Assembly: GCA_051294905.1 (NCBI GenBank)
Contig: CM119371.1
Location: 40,984,001-41,048,000, forward strand
Source: Botryllus schlosseri
Lineage: Eukaryota
Length of the DNA: 64,000 nucleotides
Reading direction: 5' to 3'
Each line of letters opens with the position of its first letter. The first letter of the stretch is position 1. A program made the position numbers and the translations under genes. The notes beneath the pieces are model-generated. The model ran no database searches. It was given only the letters and a program-made list of their open reading frames with translations, and was not told where the DNA came from. This document shows positions 1-13,135 of this stretch, in pieces.

Positions 1-75
1 CCTCCTTCCATACTGTTGTTCCAGTATTTACGTTGGGATGTTACCATGATAGGAAATGTTTTTGTTTCCATTCAG

Positions 76-3000
76 ACACCGGTAATATGGAAGTTCTTTA
101 CAAGTACGGCAGCGAATATCAGAAAGAAAAATGGCTGAAGCCATTGCTGGAAGGGGAGATCAGGTCTGCGTTTTGCATGACAGGTTTGTGTCATTTTGTG
201 ATTGCCAATTGCGCGATTCAATTGTCAGTAGAAGCTCATAGCTTCTGTTCGCCGTAAAATTTCACAAAGCTAGTTAGTGGTACCGTAATGGAAAATCGCA
301 ATGTACACATAGCTGTTACTGTGTTTGCTGTGTGACGCACCAAATACTAGACCTTGGTAGTTTAGTTAATCATTTGCCAAAACACTGATGCAGCGTTATT
401 GCGTTCATGCATGATAGCCATGCCAGAAAAGTGATTTTCATTGCATTTCAGCCAAATTGCTTCAAATGACACCAACTGGCCGTAGTGATAGTCTCAATGT
501 TTGGAAATAATTGTAGGCTTATTTTAACACTGTAAAATAGAATCTTATTAGCCGCATTGCCTCCTTACTTAGCCTTGCAACACAAACTCTGTGACCCCTG
601 ACCTTAGTGTATTGTGGTCTTGGCAAAATGTATGATTTCATCAATGACATTGGCAAAGTGTATCATGACATTGTCAATATATACATTATACACATCCTCA
701 TTTGACTGATAGGCTTACAACCAATCAAAAGTTTAGAATCTTGGAGGCGACAAGGGCTGATCTCAATAATTCGAGCACTCGATCTTGGTGATATGATCGT
801 TGATGTACCATGTTCTTTTCAATACTCTGCTTGTCGCTGACGATTACTCCTTGCGAGTGTCAGGCGAAAATATTTGTGCTTATCTCAATGCGAATATATT
901 ATTTGATAGCAAATAATTTGCGTCTCAATTCAGAACCGGACGTGGCGTCAAGCGATGCTACTAACATGGAACTGTCCATAATCCCAGACGGAGATTATTA
1001 CATTGTCAACGGCAAAAAATGGTGGAGCAGTGGTGAGAATAATGTAAACCCTCTATATCGTATTTGATAAAATAATATTTATAGTGTTCGGTAATAATGA
1101 AAGAATTTCCCACCGTAAATACTATTTTTTCAACCACAAAATTTGTACCGAGTAAATTCGCTTCTGCGTTTCAGAATCGAGCCAAATTTGTTAGGCCTAT
1201 TCATCGTTTCTTAGACATCCTAACAATTTCATGGTGATATTTGAAAAAAGTAATTATTTTTATGCAGTAAATCCAACATACCAATGATTCTACCGGTTGG
1301 AATTGAGCAAACTTCATAGGGTGACCAGCAGGGTTGTAATGACTCGAGTCATGACTCAACTCGAGTCCGACTCGAGTCACATTTTTCAGATAACTCGACT
1401 TGACTCGAGTCATTTTCTCAAAATACGGAAATGACTCGACTCGAGTCAATTTGTGTATTGACTCGACTTGGACTCGAGTCATTGCGCATGACTCGAACCA
1501 AGTCATATGACGGGAGACTCAGAAGGCCAAGACCGACGTTTCATTGTAATTTCGAGGAATAGTAAAGTAATCACACTATTGTGATTTCGTCTATTGGTAC
1601 TGGTACTTGAAAATGCGTCCAGAAACTGCTAAAACTGACGAAAATTATAATATTATAAATGCGAACCATTCGATATCACCAAACAGAGTTATAAAAAGTG
1701 GATTTGTAAGCCTTTAACTGGAAACTGGGCAGTCAACACAATGACTTGGACTCGACTCGAGTCATAATACCATGACTCGGACTCGACCCTCTGCTCGGTG
1801 ACTTGGACTCGGACTTGACTCGGTTGTGAATTGAAAATGACTCGACTTGACTCGAGTCAAAACTATAAAACTGAGATTGACTTGTGACTCGGAGCATTGT
1901 GACTTGGTTACAACCCTGGTGACCAGTAAAATTTGAATTTTTTTTTTCAAAAAATCACAAACACCAATGCTTCCACTGGATGGAATTGAGGCAAATTTGA
2001 TATGCACCATTAATTAGACAACCTAACAACTTCATGGGGTTCCCAGTAATTTTGAAGCATTTTTATTCAATAAAAGCAAACTAGAAATGGTTCTACTCGT
2101 TATAATTAAGCCAGATTCGGTTTGTATCGTTTTTTTTTAGACAACCTAACAATTTCATGGTGTAGCCAGCAAAATTTGAAAAAAAAGCTATTTTAATTCA
2201 ATAAATCCAAAACCGCAATGCTTCTACTGGCTGGAATTGAGCCAAATTTGTTTTGCGTCGTTTTTTAGACCACCCAACAATTTCATGGGCTAGCCAGTGA
2301 AATTTGAAAAATATTTATTATTCAATAAATCCTAAATAGCAATGCTTCTACAGGTTGGAATTGAGCCAAATTTGTTGTGCATTGTTTTTTATCAAATAGC
2401 CAGTATAATATGAAAAAAGTTATTTTTAAGCATCCCACTTGTAGTTACAAAGAAAGAAATTCTGACTCTAGCATATGATTTTGTTCAGGTGCGGGTGACC
2501 CCAGATGTAAGATTGGCATTGTCATGGGCCGTACCCCAAACCGAAACAGGGGCAGACATCAGTTACATAGCATGATTGTGGTGCCGTTCGATAGCCCGGG
2601 TGTGAGGATCATCAGACCGTTGAGTCTGTTTGGATACTTGGGTGAGTGAAATTAAGAATTATAAGTTATTATGAGTCGAGAATATGAATCGATGAGAAGT
2701 TCAAGTTTGAGATTTAGCATAAGGAATATCAAAAATTGTTTGCTAGAAGTTGTGGGCCTATTGCGAATGAAATGTTTGGTGATCCAAACTATTGCTTTTT
2801 AACTCAATTATGACCGTGATTGGTTAGTCTGATGCAAAAGTTGTCTAAAATCGATCGATCTTGATTCGTGACCCTTTACTCAAGACTCTCGTACTACAAC
2901 GAATTTACCATAATATGTATTGTAAGTACTGCAATTCTTAATAGGGCCAGATTTCGTTAAAATACGGTACTAGTCTCTTCTTTTCTTTCGTTTTTTCAGG

Positions 3001-6000
3001 CCAAACTACTTCGTTAGGACAACCAGTTCCAACATGAAATGAAGATAAGTGGTACAATTTTAAGATAATGTGGGAACACACGTAATTTGCATACGTTAAG
3101 TCAAAATTAAGTTTGTTGAGGTCGAAAAAAGTCAAGATTTTGATTTTTAGGTTTAAAGTTGCCCTACTAATGTAATATGTTGTCTATGACAATGTCAAAT
3201 ATTCGGTCGAGTACAATCGATATTTCCATTTCAGACTATCCTCACGGACATATGGACATGGAATTCAACAACGTTCGCGTTCCGAAAGAGAACTTAATAC
3301 TCGGCGAAGGCCGAGGATTCGAAATAGCCCAAGGCCGCCTTGGTCCTGGCAGAATTCACCACTGCATGAGATCTATCGGTAAGAAATGAAAAGAATATGC
3401 ACGCTACTAGAAAAAGGGTGGGCGTACCAAGCAACTGTGTTTTTCCCAAAACGTTGCGATAAAAATACTGCCACTCAATTCCAAGAAAAGAGTCCTGAAA
3501 GTGAATCGTTAATTAGCAAAACCTACACTAGCACTGGAATAAGGAAGAAGTTCTTCGTTATTGATCACCCCCCATAGCCGGACTTTTACAACTAGATAAT
3601 TCCAGGTAATCTAACTGTAATGTAATTTGTGAAATGTTTCTACGCTCTAATGCAGGGTTTGCCAACTCAAAATGGGTCGCGGGCCAATGTTCAAGTTTCG
3701 TAGAGGCCGCATAATATCAATATCGAGATAAAATCGGCCACACTGTTTTTCTTCTTTTATGACCAAGTCATTGTGTTGACTGCTCAATTTCCAGTTAAAG
3801 TCTTGTTAAACCCACTTTTTATAACTCTGTTTGGTGATATCGAATGGTTCGCATTTATAATATACTAATTTTCCTCACTTTTAGCAGTTTCTGGTCGCAT
3901 TTTCAGTACCAGTACCAATAGACGAAATCCCAATAGTGTGGTTACTTTTCTATTCTTCGAAATTACGATGAAAAGTCGGCCTTGGCCGTTTGAGTCTTGA
4001 GCCGTATGACTTGGTTCGAGTCATGCGCAATGACTCGAGTCTAAGTCGAGTCAATACACAGATTGACTCGAGTCGAGACATTTCCGTATTTTGATAAAAT
4101 GACTCTTGTCAAGTCGAGTCTTCAGAAAATCTCGACTCGAATCATTACGACCCTGGCGACGGGCATTTGGTTGCCACAAAAGAAATGATGTTCTATAAAA
4201 GAAATACAAATACAACAAAAATATCATGATCATCAGTTTCATTCTTATTTTGAACTATGACCTGCGCACGATACTTGGAAACACTTATCAGCGACTAAAG
4301 AATCTATATTGGGGTTAGCTAGAAAAAAATATGATGTCGCAGGCTGTATGTTAGTAACCCCTGCTCCGATATAAGAATGAACTTTGATGGATAAGATCTG
4401 AACATTAATCAATTTCCAAACTTTGCTAATTCTGTAAATCTCATCTAATTTGGAAAAAAATGTGGTGCTATAATTCTAATTGTAATCTACTTTGGGAAAA
4501 ACTGTATAGCTATAATTCCAATTCTAATATCCTTTAAAAAAGCTTACAATTATTTTGCTTTCCAACTCTCCTGTTTTCGTTTATCAGGCCTAGCCGAACG
4601 TAGCGTTGAGTATTTTCTGCTCAGATCGAGTCAGCGAAGGGCCTTCGGCAAACGTCTAATCGAACACGTAAGTTTACCTTTGCTTTTTTTATGAAGATAA
4701 CACCAATTTATGCAATTGTCTTCAGCAAGTTAACCAGCACCATTTAGCGGAGATTCGTATCGAAATCGAACAGGCCAGACTTTTAGTGCTGAAGGCCGCC
4801 CACGTAATAGACCAGAATGGTTCGAAAGCTGCTCGGAAATTGGTTTGTATTATTTTCATTTGATGCTGGATATCCTCAATCAGTTCATATAGACCAGTGG
4901 TTCCCAACGTGGGCGATATCGACGCGTTCAAAATATGAATGAAACTGTTGACCATGTATTTTTGTTGTATTTGCATTCTTTTATTATATATCATTTCTTT
5001 CATGGGTTATAATGACTCCAGCCAAGATTTTCTGAAGACTCGACTTGACAAGAGTCGTTTTATCAAAATACGGAAATGTCTCGACTCGAGTCAATCTGTG
5101 TATTTACTTGACTTTGACTCGAGTCATTGCGCACGACTCGAGACTCAGACGGCCAAGACCGACTAAGAGCTTCAGATAGGGAAGTTTTCAGTAATTGCGT
5201 CCAAAGAAAGAGGCTAATTGCTGGCACGTTGGACATTCTACTAAAGACAAAGCTCGATGGGGTTGTATGCTGGTAGAACCCTTTCATTGGAATGCACAAT
5301 TGTCAATTACCGACTTTGAGAGCTCGCTGAGTGCTGCATTCAGTATAATGAGCTATAGGTTGAGTTTTATGTACGCCTTTGGTTAGGGTTACCATATTTT
5401 GGAATCGGGAAAGAAGGACACTTACGAAATTTTTCCCACTTCCGAGGTCTGTTGACTAAAATAATATCAACTTTCTGGCTCAGCTCCCGAAATAGCCGCC
5501 GGACCGTTACTTCAGTGCTGATTTACTGTCTCTCAGTCGAATTTTGCTCAATAACCAAAATTCTCAAAAATGAGGACTAAATCGCGAAAAGGACATTTCC
5601 ACGAGGACGTATCATGTATGGTAACCCTATAAAATGAGCTCTAGGTTCGAGTCTTATATAGCCCTACGACATTGAAACCAACCACGACTATGGCATTGTG
5701 AGAGCGTCTGCATTATTAGACTAGGTTCTCTGCTACTGCAAAGTTCCAGTTTTCTACTACTATTCAGATAACAGCACCTGTGGCCAGAACTGCTATTGAG
5801 ACCATAATATGAATGCAGGTTATCAAAGATAAAAAAACGTGACACTCCAAATATGTATCCAATCCACCCGGTGAAATTTTGAATTTATTATAAAAAGATA
5901 TTTTACCGGCTACCGCAGAAAATTTATACGCAGTTATAAAAACAATGTAACATACGCGACGTAATCACAATCCATGCACCAAAAAGTAAAAACACTGCAT

Positions 6001-9000
6001 TCAGTTTTTCAATGGAAATAAAGGGTGACTGTATTAATCATTCAGTAACAATTCGTTCATCAGATTTAGAGCTCTCGCTTTGAATTCGCATTTCTTCTGT
6101 AACGGCAACGACTTCAGGTCAGCATGCATGCTCAGCAGAAACAGCTCGTCACAGTCCGCTTTATTGGAGGGAATAGGCTGAGGCTCGGTAACAAGTTGGC
6201 TATAATCATCCTCGTTTGCAGCCCTTTTCCGTTTTTTTGCTTTTCTCGGCAACGTGAGAGTAGGACTATTATCTGTTGATCCTAGAACATTGAATTGCAT
6301 GAATTTCGGCCTCATCAAACACAAGATTTTATTTTTAACTAACCATTTGGTGAATATGATGTCGAGTTCATTGAACTTTGTGCAGTCTCCTCCCGATAAT
6401 CGTCTGCTGTAAAAACTGGAGTCAAAACAGTTTCTCCACTGGCGTCGAAGAAACCGGAATCGGTGCTGCTTGGAAGTTGTGGTTTAGATTGACCTTCACT
6501 GACGTCCAAATTCGATGTGGATCTGAATGGAGCCATTTAGGTGTAACTGCAATGTCATGAATAGAGCGATGCTTTTGACATGCCGAAATTGTAGAGTTAC
6601 GTCAAAAAATTAGAAAGTTTTTTTGGAACCAGCATTTTCTTTGTATCGTAGATGTTTGCACTGTCGGGGAACTTATCATTCAACACTTGTAGCCTATTTT
6701 ATAGGCCTTTCGTTGTAGGCGGCTCATAATCTGCTCATGATGATTCTTACACACGGGTAAATGAATCAAATAGCCTGACATGGTGCTAAGCTCAACATAC
6801 CACAATATCCTAACTGAAGCAAGACTGTGTGGACATTGGTTCTTATATCAAGAAGCGCATGATAAAAATTGTGATGCAGACAACATTATCAAAATGAAGC
6901 AACACGGTTTGTCACCAGCAGTTTACATTCAACTTGAATGTTGACAAGTCAACAACTGCTGCTGTCGAACGTTCGTTCTCCATTCTTGGCAAGCTACTTG
7001 TAAGGACAGACACTTTCTACCTGACAATGTAGGGAAGTATCTTCCGTTGCACAACAACAAATTTTATTTATTCCTACCACAATGCCCGAAGTAAATAATG
7101 GAATTCTTCATAGATCTGGATCAAAAATTTGTCTGTTTTAAGACAAAAAAGTTTTTCAGGCCAACCTACTTCATAGGGACAGACAGCTACTTATTTACAT
7201 GAGGTCCACATTTAGTCAAAATTATGTTTTTTTAAATTCCAGGAATGTCATAATTTGATTTTTTAGGTCAAAACCTTCCCCTTTTTCTGTCCTAGTAGTA
7301 AATATTCAAGGCTTCAGAGCTTACTTTCGACTTTTTGTGAACGGTCGTCGACTTTTTGTGAACGGTCGCAGGAATGACATTGTCGACAGCAAGGGCCACG
7401 TAGGTCTTCCATTTTGCTGTGCTCCTGACTCTGCCTTGATTTCTTTCTTCCTCTCTCGCCTGTATTTATCTCTGAGGTTCTCCCATGTCTTTCGGCATTT
7501 AGCCGCTAAAAATATATGATGAAACTCATGAAATTGAATAAATCAGGGAATTTACAATACCAAATTCATAGTTTCGACGCACCACAAGACTGTGATGTAA
7601 TGAAAAAAAGTATTTGAAATTAGACGCCCCTGTCCTAGGCGATGTAAAAAGGAGGTATGCACACTAAATGAAAAGTAAAAGAAAATAATATAAAAAGAGG
7701 TGGCATATGCTGGAAGGCGAGATAGATATGTCAGGTTGTGCAAGGGATGACTGTTATTGATTCAGTGGTATTTGATATCTTTTTATGTTTAGGATTAGGA
7801 TACGGAATCTTTTGACTTGAGCAGTATTGTACTGACACATAATGATAAATGCCTTACCTGAACAACCCACTAACGATGAAATTTTGATCCATGCATTTCT
7901 TTTTATGTTGAGATCCGGATAGTGGCGGTGATCCCAATCATACAAACAAGGGAATTTCTCAACAGCTAACACGAGCTTCTCTTCGTCCATTTCGCGCGCT
8001 CTCATTTCTGACCGACTTGACTGACATGTTAAGTTTGATGATCCGCTAGATTGCGCATATGTGCAAACACGACAGTCACGGTCGGTCGGGCCGGAGGCAG
8101 GAAATTCGATGATACGCTTGGTGCCGCAAATAACTTTATAATAAATAATAGTAATAACAGCCCAGCACCAGTGACAGAAAACGAACAAGTAAAAATTCTG
8201 TTGGATGTACCAGTTATAACTGACCGCGAAATCAGGAGCAACCGCCCGGATATAATCGTCAAACTAAAAAAGAAAAGAGAATGCTTATTCATTGAACTGG
8301 CTGTCCCAGCTGATCACAAGTCACAACCTACTGCAAAAAGAATCAGAAAAACTATAGAATGTAAACGTGGAATGGCAGCGACCGATTTTGCAGCTTCGTT
8401 CCGCTTCACTGAAGCTTTACTCGGACTTATTTTACGGCAGCTACAGTAGGATTTATGGCAATCCAAAAGTTGTCTTCCAGAGCTCAGAACTTACTGAATC
8501 TGGTCTTGATCGAAAGCTACTGTCGCACTGATTCCGAAAATATCAATCAAAATACGATCAGGCTCCGTACTTAGATGATAAATCACCCTCAACATCTAAA
8601 ATCTGCATTGTTCAGAACAATCGGATGAACGCAAAACAATGACCACAACAATGACCCATTGCGGCTCTTCAATTGTTCGGACAATGCCGATAATTCAGAC
8701 TTGAAGGGCGAATTCTAAGCGGCCCAGTGCCTGATCATATTTTCATTTACATTTTCGGAGTCAGTGTGACAGTAGCTTTCGATCAATACCAGATTCAGGT
8801 AATTCTGCGCTCTGGAAGACGACTTTTGGATTACCATAAATCCTACAGTAGCTGCCGTAAAATATGTCTGAGTAAAGCCTCAGTGAAGCGGAACGATGCT
8901 GCAAAATCGGTCGCTGCCATTCCACGTTTACATTCTATAGAAAAACACTCCAAATACGCAGAGCTCAAAATGGAATGTGAGAAAATGTGGCGATGCAAAA

Positions 9001-11234
9001 TAAACATTGTACCGATAGTCATTGGTGCTACAGGGGTCGTGAGCAAAAACTCGTGAGACATATCCAACAAATTCCGGGTAACGTTCGATTCGACATGATC
9101 CAAAAGATCACATTATTGGGCACTGTGCACATTCTTCGGAAGGCCTTGAATGCACCACTGGACTAAAATTACACTTGTGAATGACAGCATAATTTCTGTA
9201 ATTTCGATTCTTCATCTTCAATCATCTCTACCTCTGCTCTGTAACCCTTGCCAATTCTTCTTCTGCTGCAATTCTGTAATCTGACTTCTCCGTGTATTGC
9301 ATAAGAATAACAATTTGAATGTATTACTGAAATTTTAAAAATTTACTCCAATCTCGCCATTTTCCTTTGGGGGCAGGTTGCTCCCCGGATTATGTGTGTA
9401 TCTACCAGTTTTACTGTAAATAAAGAATATAATAATAATCGTCGGATTATATTTTCGTCTGAACAAGACACGCACAATGTACAATCCGATGTAATGAACA
9501 GATAGGAGGATGTTGAACGATCATGCAGATGCGGTCTTTTGAACTGGCATCCACCTCGGCCTAGTGCCCGATGTCACAGTTCCTTTTTCGATGTCTCTAT
9601 TCCGCGGTTCTTTCTTGCTCTTTCCATTCTTTGTGGGTGCGCTCTTTCACCGGGGAAGTGCGGTACGGCGAGTTGCCGTGCAGAGAGTCCTTAAGGCAAA
9701 AACACTATAATGAATATTTAGTGCGAATCGGCGGACCTCTGCTGTTCCTTTCCAAGCACCAATTCAGAAATGCGAGCCTTCACCTTGGAAAGTGTCACCC
9801 TATTGTTCAATCGAAACGCAGGCGTGATACCAATTGCAAATGAGTTTGTATAAGTATTGGACTGGATCCGGATTTTGACAGGATTATTTGGGTCACCGCA
9901 TTGGAGATACCCAGCCGGTTTTTTTTTCGGACTCTGAATTTACAATTACCAGCCGGGCCATGCTTGGTTCCGTTGCCGAAATTTGGGGATCCGACCATCT
10001 CTGCTACTGATCCGCCCTATTTACCTGCAACCAATGATCGACAAGGCGAGCGCATCAACACAAATCATATCTATGAGACTATAGTGTGTGTTTTGACTTC
10101 CACGGTACCCTTGATACTGTATCATGGAACACTGGTTTGAGAACCACTGTGTTAGATGTTAGACACATTAAGTGCCTTACCCCGTAGTCAACTGTGTCTT
10201 ACAACAGAATTCGCTATGGACAATGAGCATTTTATGTTTTCCAGATAGCGATGATCAAAGTCGTAGCGCCGCGGGTGATGAAAAATGCAGTCGATAAAAC
10301 TATTCAGATTCACGGAGCAGCGGGTGTATCGCAAGACTTTCCTTTCGCGCAATGGTACGTTTTATAATAATACTAATTTAATATAATAATAACTTATAGT
10401 TCTGACTATACTAATTCCATTGATGATATCATCATTTCAAAACACCACAAGACTGCAATACAATAAAAAGATAGAAAGGTGTGTCGAAACGACTTGGAGT
10501 AGTCTCTGGAAATCAGATGCCCACCTAGGCCTACGCGATGTAATAAGAGGCATTCGCAATTTGCACATTGCGCACTGGATGGAAAGAAATAAAGGCTATA
10601 TTGACTAGTGATGAGAATGAATGGTAGACCTACATGTGTCGTTAGGCGAGTTTGTTTGTCAGACCGAGATCCGGTAATCTTGATGGCTGACTAGTACTAG
10701 CAGTCAAAGTCAGAGAGCAACGGGTCTAGTCCGAGTCGTAACGTTGGGATAGTCGGAGTGTTCGCTGGTCATTGTCGAGTTCAAGTCAGTTTCAACTCAT
10801 GTTCTTGAAACTGTTGGGTGCTATCGAAGGCCTCATATTAGTGATATATAGGCTAGTCAGTCTTCTCACTCTTAACATGTTTATTCAAACGGATAAGACA
10901 GTTTGGGGCTTATTTTTCAAGTATTGGTCCTGATACAAGGGACCTCAATCATGTCATTTAAAATATCTCAAGTGTGGCGAGCGCGAGATAGCGGAGTGGT
11001 ATAATCCACAGCTGCAACACCATTGGGTTGAGTTAGTGCATTTAAGCAAAAGCTACTTGACTATAGTAAAGTCCTTCGTTATAGACCGTCTCCGATGATA
11101 ACTAGAATACGAATTTTCTTGTCAGGTTTGCTGGTGCACGCATACTACAAATTGCCGACGGTCCTGACGAGGTGCACTTGAGTATGATCGCGAAGATGGA
11201 GATTATCGAGCAAATGAGAATGGCCAAGCTGTGA
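76..11234 (+). CDS. ACAD11: Acyl-CoA dehydrogenase family member 10/11-like, 3' part (5' end lies upstream of the window)
   Basis: Phase-consistent GT-AG exons 76-183, 934-1032, 2489-2641, 3235-3378, 4588-4667, 4726-4842, 10245-10354, 11126-11234. They encode [101 protein letters not shown]. These motifs are typical of ACAD10/11; the terminal AKL favours ACAD11, but ACAD10 vs ACAD11 is not certain. Confidence 0.93.
1100..2430. repeat. Tandem ~120-bp subrepeats of a dispersed palindromic non-autonomous element family (family C)
   Basis: Unit ..TACTGGTTGGAATTGAGCCAAATTTG..AGACAACCTAACAATTTCATGG..GCCAGTAAATTTGAAAA recurs several times and is split by the MITE at 1329-1918. Related sequence at about 16500-17050, 26370-27530, 47960-48320, 53170-53280 and 58920-59220. 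Boundaries approximate. Confidence 0.75.
1329..1918. mobile_element. hAT-type MITE (family A, rich in GACTCGAGTC subrepeats)
   Basis: TIR CAGGGTTGTAA..TTACAACCCTG with a perfect 8-bp TSD GTGACCAG (1321-1328 / 1919-1926). Confidence 0.92.
5185..5760 (+). pseudogene. Heavily degraded PIF/Harbinger transposase remnant (copy 1)
   Basis: Nucleotide similarity to 12238-12560, e.g. shared AAAGAGGCTAATTGCTGGCACGTTGGACATT, CCCTTTCATTGGAA, TTTGAGAGCTCGC and ATGAGCTCTAGGTT. Interrupted by a hAT MITE at 5384-5629. Ends approximate. Confidence 0.75.
5384..5629. mobile_element. hAT-type MITE (family D, TAGGGTTACCATA ends)
   Basis: Inverted ends TAGGGTTACCATA..TATGGTAACCCTA. Same family at about 17100-17424, 18300-18560 and 19474-19884. 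Confidence 0.75.
6034..7990 (-). CDS. MADF-BESS DNA-binding protein, copy 1 (246 aa), nested antisense in the ACAD intron; Harbinger ORF2-like
   Basis: Exons 7990-7858, 7505-7325, 6522-6344, 6281-6034 (741 nt, phases 1/2/1, all GT-AG). MADF motif [36 protein letters not shown]; basic KAKKRKR; BESS-like [24 protein letters not shown] at the C-terminus. An alternative in-frame ATG lies at 8005. Confidence 0.85.
6949..7060 (+). pseudogene. hAT transposase C-terminal dimerisation-domain remnant inside MADF intron 2
   Basis: Translates [17 protein letters not shown] then, after a frameshift, [19 protein letters not shown], matching the hAT S..ERSFS motif. A more degraded paralogue lies at about 14450-14545. 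Confidence 0.65.
8162..9439 (+). mobile_element. 5'-truncated RLE-type non-LTR retrotransposon (R4/Dong-like) 3' end
   Basis: [44 protein letters not shown], then after the inserted [49 protein letters not shown]. This is the RPD..D/E restriction-like endonuclease C-terminus. (AAT)-rich sequence flanks both ends. Confidence 0.8.
8352..8940. mobile_element. Foldback MITE with ~190-bp terminal inverted repeats, inserted in the RLE coding region
   Basis: CTATAGAATGTAAACGTGGAATGGCAGCGACCG.. at 8352 is mirrored by ..CGGTCGCTGCCATTCCACGTTTACATTCTATAG ending at 8940. Superfamily not assignable. Confidence 0.85.
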
Positions 11235-11819
11235 ATTTTCTTCAATCGAAATTGATACCTTTCCATCGTTTATCTACGTTATGGTGCTACTATGCCCTTT
11301 TATCGTGATAAGTCGGTCGTTAATTAGTCCGAAATGGTTAAATGACATTTTTTGACTTGAGAATCGCCTTCGATGTTACTGCCGATACTCTTTATTCACG
11401 CTCCATCTAATTATTGTATTATTCATAAATTAATGAGCTATGCAATAACGTTCGTAATATTTCAAATTTATTATCAATGCGCGGCAAATACAATATATTC
11501 ATCCATTGATCTTTCGGTTGTGTCATCTCAGAATTGGCTAGGATTCTGAGCCAATTAACGTGCCTCATAGCCTTGGGGGTGGATACCCCTAGAATTGGGA
11601 AATCAGTGTAGGCTACATGTGCAAAGATGTCTGGACATTCTGTGGACCCCTGTCAGAGCTGTACAAAAATGACCGAGTTCAACCTCTACATCTGCCACGT
11701 GGGCACTGGTAGCAGCATATGGGCCCCTCGAAACTTTTCAGGCATCAACCCAATGAGATATAGGTGTGGCAGCTCCAGATGCTGGGAATTGCCTGGTATT
11801 GGGAATTTGGCCAATATGA

Positions 11820-13135
11820 ACAAACCCATACGCGCAGCTGAACGTTTAGGATCAACTTCAACATTTCTTGCAGCCGGAGATTCTTATCAAACTATCGGCG
11901 CATCATTTAGAATTCCTCCGCCAACCTTGGCATTGATAATGCTAGAAACCTGTTTGACTATGTCGGATATAAACTTGACCAGAATTTATGCCCGTTCCTG
12001 ACAGAGAAATGTGGAAGAAAAGAGCCGCCAAGTTTTGTGGTGTTTGCCGTTTCCAAATTGTATCTGCGCAATATATGGACAGCATATAACCATATGAGCA
12101 GTGAGCACCAGCTAGAAGCGGAAGCATGTTCGTTAACTACAAGAAATATTTCAGCACCATATTCTCATGGCAGTTGCTGATGCTGAGTTTTGGTATATTA
12201 CGGTGGATATCGGATTAAGTTTTGGAAGAGCTTCATATCGGGAAGTTTTATGTGAATGTGTCCGAGGAAAGAGGCTAATTGCTGGCACGTTGGACATTTC
12301 GCCGTCTGTTGAATTAAGTAATAATGGTCTTATTGTAATAGTTGGTGAAGAAGCTTTCCCGCGAAAGACAAAACTTGATGTGGTCGTATTCTGGGAGATC
12401 CCTTTCATTGGAACGAGTTTTGAGAGCTCGCCGAGTGGTGGAGAATTCATTCGGTATGATGAGCTCTAGGTTTAGAGTCCTGTACAGACATTTGTCATTG
12501 CAGCCTGACCACGACGATGGCATTATGAAAGCGTACACATTATTGTACAACTTTCTCCGTTACCGCAAAGATCCAGCTTAATATTCAGATGTTGAAGATC
12601 ACAACACATTTGGCCAAAACATGCTACGCCGTGTCGGCAGGCGTTCTGCCAGTGTTGTAAAAGAGTATCAAGTCAATCTCACTTTCATAGTTTTGACTCG
12701 AGTCATTTTCAATCAATCACCGAGTCCAAGTCAACGAGCAAAAGGTCGAGTATTAGTCCGAGTCATGGTATTATGACTCGAGTCCAAGTCATTGTGTTTA
12801 CTGCTCAGTTTCGAGTTGAAGTATTTTTATAACTCTGTTTCGTGATATCGAATGGTTGGCATTTATAATATACTAATTTTCCTCACTTTTAGTAGTAGTA
12901 TTTTCAAGTACCAGTACCAATAGACGAACGAAGCCATAGTGTGGTTACTTTACTATTCTTCTAAAATTCAATGAAATGTCGGTCTTGGCCGTCTAAGTCT
13001 TGCTCTGAATTCCAAGTCGAGTCAATACACAGATTGACTCGAGTCAAGTCCGTATTTTGAGAACATGACTCAAGTCGAGCCATTACAACCCTGCGTTCTG
13101 CCAATCCTGCCATTGAAGTTAGAGACACATTCGCA
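11820..13135 (+). pseudogene. PIF/Harbinger DDE transposase (HARBI1-like) pseudogene, copy 2
   Basis: Frameshifted segments AERL..FLAAGDSYQTI..FRI, EFMPVPDREMWKK, FPNCICAIYGQHI (DG>YG), SGSMFVNYKKYFS, LMAVADAE..VDIG, IVGEEAFP (GD>GE), RARRVVENSFG..SRFRVL, LYNFLR, and RRSA[MITE]NPAIEVRDTFA. Multiple frameshifts and stops; two catalytic Asp residues lost. Confidence 0.9.
12650..13093. mobile_element. hAT MITE family A inserted in the transposase 3' end
   Basis: CAGTGTTGTAA..TTACAACCCTG with 8-bp TSD CGTTCTGC (12642-12649 / 13094-13101). Confidence 0.88.

Noticed and set aside
1201..2010. ORF-track ORFs rich in TRV/DSS/ESS (also at 4051, 4939, 5063, 32169, 58396, 62813)
   Set aside because: Translations of GACTCGAGTC subrepeats in MITE family A, not genes.
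8051..9103. Identical peptide [23 protein letters not shown] on both strands
   Set aside because: Consequence of the MITE's inverted repeats.
9540..10080. GC-richer stretch with short ORFs
   Set aside because: No recognisable protein motif or consistent splice chain found; left unannotated.
4895..10149. One large hAT element (CAGTGGTTCCCAAC..GTTTGAGAACCACTG) capturing the MADF gene
   Set aside because: Flanks ATATAGAC and TGTTAGAT match at only 4 of 8 positions, explainable by a shared central-TA target preference; probably ends of two unrelated insertions.
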